A stretch of 64,000 bases of DNA from Schmidtea polychroa (taxonomy: Eukaryota), in the NCBI GenBank assembly GCA_044892525.1, contig CM097885.1, forward strand, positions 16,866,001-16,930,000, read 5' to 3'. Shown here one piece after another: positions 51,660-62,130 of this stretch. The translations under genes and the position numbers were made by a program. Numbering within the stretch: position 1 is the first letter of the stretch; each line of letters opens with the position of its first letter. Below the pieces are notes generated by a model. It did no database searches. It saw only the letters and a program-made list of their open reading frames with translations, and was not told where the DNA came from.

Positions 51660-51982
51660 ATGTCTGAGATCGATAATTACGGTAAATTTTTAATTTATAT
51701 ATATTTTTTATATATTTTATAGATGAATATTCCAAAGTGATGTTAAATTGCCTCAAGTATTTCTATCCTCAATTGAATGAAATTCTGAAGGACAGGGATC
51801 CAGAGATTATACCAGATTTGGTATACAATGCAACAAGAATCTGGATGTTCGATATATTAAATCAATTCCAATGGGATATCAAGATCGACAGAATGCAGAA
51901 AGAAATGGAATATCCATGTATCATTGGATGCAGTTGGTCGTTATCAGCGATATGTAGAATGGAATTTAGTAAAAACACTTAG
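51660..51982 (+). CDS. Hypothetical two-exon protein (intron 51682-51722)
   Basis: ATG...TAC G|GTAAAT...TATAG|AT GAA joins in frame with ORF 51737 (MSEIDNYDEYSKVMLNC...). Confidence 0.6.
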
Positions 51983-52072
51983 AAGATATTACTATTCTAG
52001 GATTGTTGATTTAAATTAATAAATATTTTTTATGTATTTTGTTTTTTTTTTTTTTATATATTGATGACCAAA

Positions 52073-52125
<53 letters not shown>

Positions 52126-52352
52126 TAATAATAATAATAATAATCATACATGTGCAACATTAATGCAATTTAAACAAAGACACATTAATGCAAACCATGT
52201 GCAACATTGATGCAATTTAAACAAAGACATGTGCAATACAAATGCAAAGCATGTGCAACATTGATGTAATTTAAACTTTAATCTGATTGGTTGTTCCATT
52301 TATTTTGAAGGTATAAAAACCCTGTACCATTTCATTTTAATCATAATTCACG

Positions 52353-52760
52353 ATGGTCAAGAAAAGCACTGAAAAACCGAAAGATGAACTTGTTCAGCCT
52401 GTTCAAATGTTCCACAACTACAAAATGTATTTTTTAAAAGAAGAAATCAATATGAAATTGGTTGCACCGGTCAAGTTAATTCCAACTCAATTTCAATTCT
52501 TATCCGGCACGCTTTCAATGGTAGATGTTAAAACCATAGATGATGTTTTCAAACGGTTGAATTCAAATCTATCATGTAATCAAAATGCATGGTTCAACAA
52601 CCGATATGCAAAATTTTATGATGCCTTTGATGAAATCAGTTTCAAAGAAAACGAAAATTGGTATATAACAATTGCAATCCAAGGATATAAAGTCGATAAT
52701 AATGATGTGTATTCTCCAATTTGGAAAATTATGTCTGCTAGGCTTTCACAACTATTTTAA
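52353..52760 (+). CDS. Hypothetical 135-aa protein (possibly beta-barrel/SSB-like)
   Basis: Clean ORF with CCAAT (CTGATTGG) and TATAAAA upstream and AATAAA downstream; the fold guess is weak. Confidence 0.6.
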   Translation: MVKKSTEKPKDELVQPVQMFHNYKMYFLKEEINMKLVAPVKLIPTQFQFLSGTLSMVDVKTIDDVFKRLNSNLSCNQNAWFNNRYAKFYDAFDEISFKENENWYITIAIQGYKVDNNDVYSPIWKIMSARLSQLF

Positions 52761-52912
52761 TGTATTTAATAAATGTATATAATGTATTTTAATAAATGTA
52801 TTTAATGTATTTAATCTTATTTATTTTATTAATATTAATGCAACAGTAATGCAAATTTAACAAAGACATTCTATAAACAAACTTACATTATAGTTTAAAA
52901 GTGTTAATAAAA

Positions 52913-53329
52913 ATGACTACAGAAAAAGGTTAATTTTGATTAATAACTTACCGAATTATTTATTATTTAGAAATTGTAATCAACTTTTTGTTGGAAAAAT
53001 TGGCAGAAATAGCTGGTGTAAATGTTGAGGATATATTATCTGTTGCAAATGCATTAAATATAGGCTGGATAGTTGAAAGTCAAGATTCAGGATTTGATGA
53101 AAGTGAAGTGAGTCAAGAAACTGATGTAGAAATTGATGGAGAAAACACCCAAGAAATTAGTGAAAACACCCAAGAAATTAGTGAAAACACCCAAGAAATT
53201 GATGGAGAAAACACCCAAGAAATTGATGGAGAAAACAATCAAGAACAACCTAACGATTGTATAGATCATGTAGTTGATAATATTATGAAATGTGGAGATG
53301 ACTATTGTGAATGTGTTAATAAATGTTAA
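52913..53329 (+). CDS. Hypothetical acidic two-exon protein with 21/24-bp repeats (intron 52929-52970)
   Basis: ATG ACT ACA GAA AAA G|GTTAAT...TTTAG|AA ATT is in frame with ORF 52988. Contains ENTQEI repeats and a Cys-rich end. Confidence 0.6.
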
Positions 53330-53371
53330 ATTTTAAATTTTGTTTTTTATACATAAGAAAAATAACAAAAA

Positions 53372-53558
53372 TTAATATTTATTTAAATATTTAAATAACA
53401 TATACAATAAAACAACTCCTGTTGTGAGTTTAATATAGTTTTTCATTTTTCTTTTGATTTCATCAGTTTCTTTAGCATTGCGGGCGAGTTGATTGAGTAT
53501 ATCCCATCCGCCATTATCTTCTATCCATGGACTAAACTTGGATTTGATTATCTAAAAA

Positions 53559-53613
<55 letters not shown>

Positions 53614-53914
53614 TTACTTCTAAAGACCACTGATAATAATGTTCTGAGTCATGTTGGCTTTTCGCAATGATTATCTTCATGTAGGTGAACCCTACAATAA
53701 TTCTTGTCCATTTCATGTCTTCATCGCAGAGACATTGAAATATATTGTTAAAATAATTCTTCTTTGATTCAAGACAATCCATATCAAGCATTCTCTGGTA
53801 GTCGATATGGTTGCCTTCAATAATTTGTTCGGTCCGATTGACCAGGAAATTGAGGCTGTCGACTATATTCGCTGTGACTAGTCCATTTAGAACGTTTTCA
53901 ATAAATTTAGACAT
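53372..53914 (-). CDS. Bcl-2 family protein, two exons (53618-53914, 53372-53551), 158 aa
   Basis: BH1-like KWTRIIVGF. The intron GAA|GTAAAT...TTTAG|ATA restores BH2 PWIEDNGGWD and the tail anchor LTTGVVLLYMLFKYL. Confidence 0.85.
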
Positions 53915-54023
53915 TTTTTACAATAATTTTTAATATACTGTCTTATTTATACTACTGTGTGTGTAATATGATTCTGATTGGTTGATAGACTATAAATGTA
54001 AAACATAATAGATTTGATACAAC

Positions 54024-54524
54024 ATGAAAACTATATTTCTATTGCTAATTATTATAAGGAGTGTGTGCTCACACAATACGACAATAACGGTGGAGTCTTT
54101 TAATAAATCAATATGTATTTGTCCAAATACCGCCAAGTTGATGGATATTTTATATATTCTTGACAAACCAAAATGGGCAAAGCATCCAGGAAAAAGAATA
54201 TCCCAAAGATTGGAGAATTTAGAAAACAGCTATGACCTATCTTTTGAATATATACAAAATATAAAATTTAAATTGATTGATCATATTGAGGTTTTCAATA
54301 ACTCAATTGTTGAAAATAAAAAGAATATGAAAATTATTGATAAGAAACATGAACATTTGTTAAGAAAGATTGATTTAATAATATTCGAAATTCGAACAAT
54401 AAAAGAATCGATAGAAAATTTGAAAACCAATTCAACGTTACCAATTTCAAACAAGATGGCAGCAAATATGAGTACATCAATATTTAAATGGCCATTGTTA
54501 ATTTTAAATTATTTCATTGTTTAA
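54024..54524 (+). CDS. Hypothetical secreted/surface coiled-coil glycoprotein
   Basis: Signal-like MKTIFLLLIIIRSVCS, several N-x-S/T sites, heptad-rich middle and hydrophobic C-terminus. Confidence 0.6.
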   Translation: MKTIFLLLIIIRSVCSHNTTITVESFNKSICICPNTAKLMDILYILDKPKWAKHPGKRISQRLENLENSYDLSFEYIQNIKFKLIDHIEVFNNSIVENKKNMKIIDKKHEHLLRKIDLIIFEIRTIKESIENLKTNSTLPISNKMAANMSTSIFKWPLLILNYFIV

Positions 54525-54625
54525 TAAATGTATTGATTTAAATTATCTTTTGTCTGATATATTATTATTATTATTGGCATAAATATTATTAATTTAATTA
54601 TTATTATTACTAGTATTGTCATAAA

Positions 54626-54714
<89 letters not shown>

Positions 54715-54715
<1 letters not shown>

Positions 54716-55067
54716 TTACATAAAGACATTTCATGCACTTGTATTGCATGTCTTTATGTGAGTAGAAATTACTCAGTTAGTAACAATGACTCATCGATGA
54801 GTCATATTCAGAGAACAAAGCATCGATAATATCCAATTCTGATTGGTTAGATGTTATCGATACTTTGTACATCTTTTCAAATGAGGTAATTATTATTTTT
54901 TTATGATTTAAATTTTTTTTTTATAATGAAATTTTTTTATGATTAATTTTTATTTTTTTTTTATGAAACCAGTTTTTATGAAAACAAATTATATGATTTA
55001 TGAAATAAATTTTATGAAAACAAACTTTTTTATGACGAAATGGGTATGTTTTTATTATTATTATTAA

Positions 55068-55124
<57 letters not shown>

Positions 55125-55945
55125 TGTTATTATTATTATTATTCTGTAGCGACATACAATAAATTTTGGTTTACCAAAAAAGAAGTCTTCTAAAAATTAG
55201 AGTCGTGTGATGAGTCTTTCTTTTAAAAATAAATGATTGGTCTTTGTTCAAAAAAGTCATCGATGAGTCATACAAGGGGGGGGGGTATGCAAAAAAAAGA
55301 AACCCCCTATCTAAACTATGAGTCATCGATGAGTCTTTGTCTATATGTCTTTGTTTAAATGTACTTAAATATTTGATTAAATGTCTTTGTTTAAATATTT
55401 GTTTAAATGTATTTATTTAAATATTTGTTTAAATGTATTTATTTAAATTTTTGTTTAAATGTATTTATTTAAATATTTGTTTAAATGTATTTATTTAAAT
55501 ATTAAATATGTCTTTGTTTAAAAAATGATGAGTCATACATACTTTAATAATGAGTCAGTTGGCTTTGTTCCAAAAATGATGAGTCATATGACCTTGTTAC
55601 TAAAAATAGAATGACCTTGACCTAGTTACTAAAAATAGAATGACCTTGACCTAGTTACTAAAAATAGAATGACCTTGATGAGTCATCGATGACGTCACGT
55701 GACATTGTTACTAAAAATAGAATGACCTTGACCTAGTTACTAAAAATAGAATGACCTTGACCTAGTTACCGTGGTTACCACGGTTGCTATGGATGAGTCA
55801 TATAACCTTGACCCAGTTACCGCTGTTGCTATGGATGAGTCATCGATGAGTCATATGTCTTTGTTTTGCGCTGAGTCATCGGGGGGGGGGGTTATGCAAA
55901 AAAATGACAAAAAACGATGAGTCATGGAGCACACTTCTCTCTACT
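54715..55945 (-). repeat. Right TIR
   Basis: Inverted copy of 39130-40415. Confidence 0.95.
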
Positions 55946-55951
55946 AGAACT

Positions 55952-56520
55952 TTATATGAAATAAAGAAATATTTAGTGAGGTTAGAACAAGATGTAGACG
56001 AAACTAAGGACGTTTTGAAACTTCTCGTTAAAGCAGTATATTCGATGTTCGAAATAGAGATAGAAGTAGAGGATGAACTAAAAGGAGTAGTTAAAGAAAT
56101 GAAAAATAGACTGCCTGAAGTAGTACAGAAATTTGGCGAAGAGGATACATTTTGCGAGAGATCAGTAATTGAAAATTTAACAAAAATTGAAATTAACAAG
56201 GATGTGATAATAACAGCTTTAACTTATATTGTTTTAGAAATTGGAACGTATGCGTTCGCGAAATCAGATAAATTAGATAACTTGATAGACATCGGTGCCA
56301 GACTAGTAAACGAATATCTAATGAACTGGGTAAAGGAAAATGGTGGTTGGAGAACACTGTGTTTGTCTCTAACAGAAAAGAAAAACGAGAAACAAGAGAG
56401 GAAACCACCTCAAAAACGAGTCAATGAGAGAGTTCGACCAGAACTGAGAAAAACTATGATATTTCCGTGGGCAATGTTTATGATGATTACATTTTGTGCA
56501 ATAATTACGCAGACATCATC
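55952..56520 (+). CDS. Polyprotein part 2: Bcl-2-like domain plus hydrophobic signal/anchor
   Basis: In frame with Gag across the TSD (VRT|LYEIKK). BH2 NWVKENGGWRTL, degenerate BH1 INKDVIITALTY, then hydrophobic MIFPWAMFMMITFCAII. Confidence 0.75.
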
Positions 56521-58320
56521 ATTAGTTGCATATGATTGCTCCCAAACTGAAATGGGAAAAATTTATTCAGTAGTTGATATGTCGGAATACCCAGGTGCGT
56601 ATCCTAGTAAACTGAAAATAGAAAATGATATAAAATATTACGTGTATCAAGAGTCTGATTTACGAAGAACTCAAGTAAGAGAGTGTATTGTCAAACATAC
56701 AACATTTGTATTCTATTGTGACAAATGGAGTCATACGTCACTTATAAAAATGCATGCGATACCTAGACCAGTTGAGGTACTCCCAGAAAACTGTCTAACA
56801 GCATTTCAAACCGGAGAATTAAAAATAAGTCCGGAAATTCGTTTAAAGGAAAATTGAATCATAGGATACGAGAAACAATAATTGTAAAAGGAGTTATGAA
56901 AGCAAATGGCGATTGTGAAGGTGAACCATACAAAATGAATGGTAAAATTGTTCAGCACACAGTTGTGATGGAAGAATATCTCACAGAGTTAAGAGAGTTC
57001 GAAGGAGCTTTCGACGATGATACGGGAAAGCTACAAACACATCCATTCTGTAATATGAAACAAACAAATTGTCAAACGGGGGAATCGATTCTTGTCTATA
57101 ATGTCGAAACCAATAAGTGTAATTTAGCACACTTAAAAACTATGAATTTTAAAGAGCTAGTGGGAGAACAGTTTAGAGATAAACCTGATAGTTTTAATAC
57201 GAAATATAGACCAAATGATACTATTAAGTCAACTCCAATATGGACAAAACAAATGGGAACAGTTTTAATGTCTACATTACCAGAAGATGGCATGCGATTT
57301 GTAAAAAAGGAAATCACCTACAAATGTGGTCGAATGGTGTATGTAACAAATTATAAAGGCGTTTATGTGTCTAGAAATGTTGTGGAAGAGGCAAAAATTA
57401 AAATTCACAGAGATGATATTAAACTTACTCATTATTTTAATAATAAAATTGATTATTTGTTTCATTTTAGTCAAAACATCATGGAAAATGTATATAGAGA
57501 AATGATTCTAAACGATTGCAAGCTGAACAAAGAGATTCTTCGAAATCGAATGGCGATGGCAATTACGAATCCAAATTTAGTAGCACCTATGCTAATATCA
57601 GAAAGTGGCGTGTTTGCGAGAATTTTTGGAGAAGCGTTATACAGTTACAAATGCAAAGAAGTCTCAGTGAAAATTACTAAATATGAAAAATGCACAAACG
57701 AACTACCAGTAAGCCTCGGTGGAAAGATACGATTTATGGAACCGATAACTAGAATTTTGCTTGATGAACAAACTAAACCAAAGATTTTACAATGTAATAG
57801 ATTATTAGCACCCTTATACCGATTAGCAACAGATTCATGGATAGCTTTACCAGACTATCGTGGAGTCAAGACTCCAGACAAATTAGAATCAACAAATCTA
57901 GAATACCTGATAAATTTCACATCATTAAACAAAATGGCACAAATGGGTTTGTACCCAAGCGAGGATATTGAAGAAGCTCAAAGAAATTTGTTGTTTTCAT
58001 CCAAGAAAGAACGAGTAATTTCAGAAATGATTGACACGATATTATCGAATGGGGAAGGAAAAGTAAATTACGAGTATTTGCTAACACCTGATCATTTCAA
58101 ACGAGCTACATACAAAACGATGGAAAAGATTTGGGGTAAGTTCATGTTTTTGGGACAAGCATGTGCAGGCTTAATCGGAATTTACGTAATCGTGATAACA
58201 GCAAAGGTGATAGTGTCACAGATATTATCAGTACATCGAATATATGCAATATCTGGATGGTCATGGAAATTGATTATTGGCTGTATTCCATTGTTGGCCA
58301 GATTCTTTATTACAGATCAT
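56521..58320 (+). pseudogene. Polyprotein part 3: chuvirus/gB-like class III fusion glycoprotein (one frameshift ~56850)
   Basis: LVAYDC, VRECIV...FYCDKWSH, GDCEG, DCKLNKEIL...GEALYSYKC...CTNELPV...FMEPITRIL...C, followed by TM segments. Confidence 0.75.
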
Positions 58321-58679
58321 CAATTTAAAGAAATGGCAAGAGTAAGAGTGCAGTTGAGAAATGGCAGAAGAAGTGAGGAATCTACATGTCAGTCGGAAGA
58401 CAAAAACGACGATCATAACAATGACAGTAGCAACGGCGAATCAGAACATAAATGCTTTCGAAAAAGTGTAATAAAAAGTAAAATGGAGCCAGAATCCAGA
58501 TTTTTACTTGAACCAATGCCAAAACTAAGTGGAATTGATACTCTTACTAGATGGTACACTCCAACATTTAAACCAACAGCACCAATATATCCAAATGAAC
58601 AATTAAAAGAAATGAAACCTGTAGATAATATCACAATCGAATTAGAAAAGATTGAACCAACGAGTGCTGAGATTGAAAG

Positions 58680-61600
58680 AAAAAATATGCTTGGTCTACC
58701 ATGCAGCTATGCACTAATGACAACAGTAGTAGGAGGAAAACAACCTCGAATAAACATACAGTTTAACAAGAGAAAAGTGGAAGCTTTATTAGACTCAGGC
58801 TCAAGTCATACTATAGTAGCGGAAAGCTTCTTGACGTATCAGGAGAAAGCCAAAATAAAACCAACGAATCACATTATTAAATCAATGTCACATAATGCAC
58901 TAAATATTGTTCGAAAATTAGAAGTTAAACTGATAATTGGAGATCAAGAAATAATTCATTGGGTATCAGTGATGAGAAAAAGTCCTGTAAAATGTCTTAT
59001 TGGCATGGATGTCATGGAGCAACTACATGGAATTTCTCTTGATCTGAGAACTGGAAAACTAATAAAAGGACAAATGGGTGAAGTAGTGCCTGAAGTAGGA
59101 GAGGTATTTCTAAACCAAACATTGGAAGTACCACCAAAAAGCGAAGTAATATACTATGCAGATGTTATGAGGGTATCAGATGAGGAGTACATATTTGAAC
59201 CAAATCCAAAGCTGGTTGAAAAATACGATTTGCCTATGTGTGACGAAGTAGTGAAAGTCCAAAATAAGTCAGTACCAGTTAGAATAACAAATTATAGTGC
59301 AAGATCCGTTGAAATAAAGCCCAAAACCAAATTGGGAAAATTGACAAAAATCAAATCAGAGGAAGCTCAGAAGTTACCGAGAAATATAAAAATTTATAAA
59401 GAACCTCAGATCACAAACAAAGATTTAACGGATTTACAAAAACAAGAATTTGGTTCATTATTAAAGAAATATAGAAACGTATTTGCAAAACATGATTATG
59501 ATTTGGGACTCACTCAGGTGATTGAGCATGAAATACCATTACTCAGCGAAACCCCAATAAAATTACGGCCGTATAGAATGCCATACACACATCAGGAAGA
59601 AAGTGATCGGCAAATCAAAGCAATGAAAGAATTCAATATAATAAGAGATAGTTCCTCACCATTTTCATCATCAATAGTAGTAGTGAAAAAGAAGGACGGT
59701 GATTTAAGATTTTGTGTCGACTATCGAAAATTGAACCAAGTTACGAGAAAAGATACATATCCTATTCCTGTTCCACAGGAAATGTTCGATCAGATGGGAG
59801 AGGTGCAATATTTTACGGTAATAGATCTTAACAAAGGATATAATTAATTTTAAAGAAGATAGAAGGAAAACTGCATTTTCAGATGGGAAGGGTCTATATG
59901 AGTTTAACGTGTTACCATTCGGATTAACAGGAGCACCTGCTACATTTCAGAGAGGTATGAATTTTGTTTTGCGCGATATACCACATGCATTAGTGTATAT
60001 TGACGATATAATAATATTTTCGAATAGTTTTCAGGAACATTTGCAGGATGTGGAAACAGTATTCAAGCGATTGTTAGAAGCAAACTTAAAAATAAAACCC
60101 TCCAAATGTGAATGGGGGAAATCTGAAGTCGTTTATGTGGGTCATATCATTTCGCGTCGAGGTTTGCAAATCTAGAAAATTGAGAAATATCCTATTCCCA
60201 AGGATGTAGATCAGGTTCGACAATTTCTGGGATTAGCTAGTTATTACAGAAAATTTATTAAAAACTTCTCACATGTCGCACAACCTTTGAATATGTTGTT
60301 AAAAAAGCAAGCAAAATTTAAATAGACAACAGCGCAGCAAGAAGCGTTTGATAAACTCAAAGAAAGTTTAATTAAACAACCAATATTGAGATGCCCAAAC
60401 TTTAAAAACCCATTTATTTTAATGACAGATGCCAGTAACTTCGCGTTAGGCGCGGTATTAGGACAGCAAGTAGAAAGGGAAAAAGATCATGTAATTGCTT
60501 ATGCCAGCAGATCATTGAAACCTCATGAAAAGAATTATTCAACAATCGAAAAAGAAACGTTAGCATTGGTATATGGGATAACTACTTTTCGACAATATCT
60601 AGTGGGCAGAAAATTTGTCGTCTTTACAGATCACAATCCGTTACAATGGCTAATGAAGCACAGAGATTCAGCTAGTAAATTAATTAGATGGTCAATCGCG
60701 TTACAAGAATATGATTTCGAGATAAAGTATCGTACAGGGAAGTCAAATGCAAATGCAGACGCTATGTCAAGAATACCAGTGGAAAATAATGTTGATCAGG
60801 ATGAGAAAAATTGCGAAAATACAATATTTATGGCAATAAAAACCGCAAATAATATAGAAAAATTACAAGATGATCAAGAAAATGACGAGGAATTAAATCA
60901 GTTACGCCAACATGCTGTCACAATCAAAAAGGAGAGTGACTGGAAACATGTTATCGAGGAAAACCATAAATACATTATCCATGATGGTTTGTTAAAATGT
61001 GTGCAAAATGAAAATTTACTAATTATTGTTCCGACAAAACATCGAAAAGCATTACTGTTGTTGTATCACGATGGAGCATTGGGAGGTCATTTATAATCGC
61101 GAAAAACATTATCAAGATTGAGACAGAAATATTATTGGAAAACAATGGAACAAGATGTCAGACAATGGTGTCATACTTGTCAGATATGCCTAACTAGACG
61201 AAATACGGGACGAAAAATAAAAGTTCCACTTAAGCCTATGCCTGTACCAACGGCACCAATGGAAATGACAGCAATGGATATCGTCGGTCCATTGCCGGAG
61301 ACAACTAATGGCAATAAATACATTATTGTTTTTTGCGATTACCTTATAAATGGCCAGAAGCTTATGCAATCCCAAATCAAAAATCAGAAACAGTTGCGAA
61401 AATATTTGTAGAGAATATTATTTTTCGATATGGAGCACCAAAGAAATTACTAACAGATCAAGGAACAAATTTCCAGAGTGAATTATTTAAGTCAATTACA
61501 GAATTATTTGGTATATTGAAACTTAGTACTTCACCATATCATCCACAAACAGATGGTCTAGTGGAAAGATTTAACGGGACGTTAATTAATATGATATCAT

Positions 61601-62130
61601 CCTATGTGAATAGAAAACAAAAGGACTGGGATTTATTCATCAAACCATGTTTATTTGCGTATCGAAATGCAATAAATGCAAGTACTGGTGAAACGCCTTT
61701 CTATCTCATGTATCTAAGACGAAACAATATGCCAATCGATCTAGAATTTCAGTCACCTATTTCCCAATATATGGATGCATCAGATTATAAAGTAGTTATG
61801 CAGGAAAGACTACAGTCAGTATGGGTCAAAGCAGGACTTAAAATAAAGCATCATCAAGAAGCATATAAAGAATGCTATGATAAACGCGCACGGGCGCATG
61901 ATATTGAAATTGGAGATCTAGTGTATATAAACAAACCAGAACCAACAAAGGGATTGTCAACGAAATTACAACGACCGTTTAAAGGACCATATCTGGTATG
62001 CGATACAACATAGACTAATTTAAAATTGCGTCCACAAAACAATAAAAAGGCTGGAACAATCATCGTTCATGTAAATAGATGTAAAAAGATACTAGCAGAA
62101 TATGAATCACGTTACCCATTAAGATCAAAA
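58680..62130 (+). pseudogene. pol: Polyprotein part 4: protease, RT, RNase H, integrase (several stops and frameshifts)
   Basis: LLDSGS, RFCVDYRKLN, LPFGL, YIDD, TDAS...TDHNPL, H-H-C-C, MDIVGP, TDQG, ERFN and GPY. Lesions near 59845, 60175, 60322, 61095, 61345 and 62011. Confidence 0.93.

Larger units (their letters stand above)
39130..55945 (-). mobile_element. Polinton/Maverick (adintovirus-like endogenous DNA virus), 16.8 kb, near intact
   Basis: Termini AGTAGAGAG...CTCTCTACT. 6-bp TSD AGAACT (39124-39129, 55946-55951). ~1.3-kb TIRs. Genes for pPolB, INT, ATPase, protease, MCP and penton. Confidence 0.97.

Noticed and set aside
56840..56860. Possible programmed frameshift between the 317-aa and 997-aa ORFs
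   Set aside because: It falls mid-ectodomain with no canonical slippery heptamer or stem; decay is more likely given other lesions.
21893..59000. Many antisense ORFs overlapping gag, pol, pPolB and capsid genes
   Set aside because: Shadow ORFs of long coding regions, with no motifs of their own.
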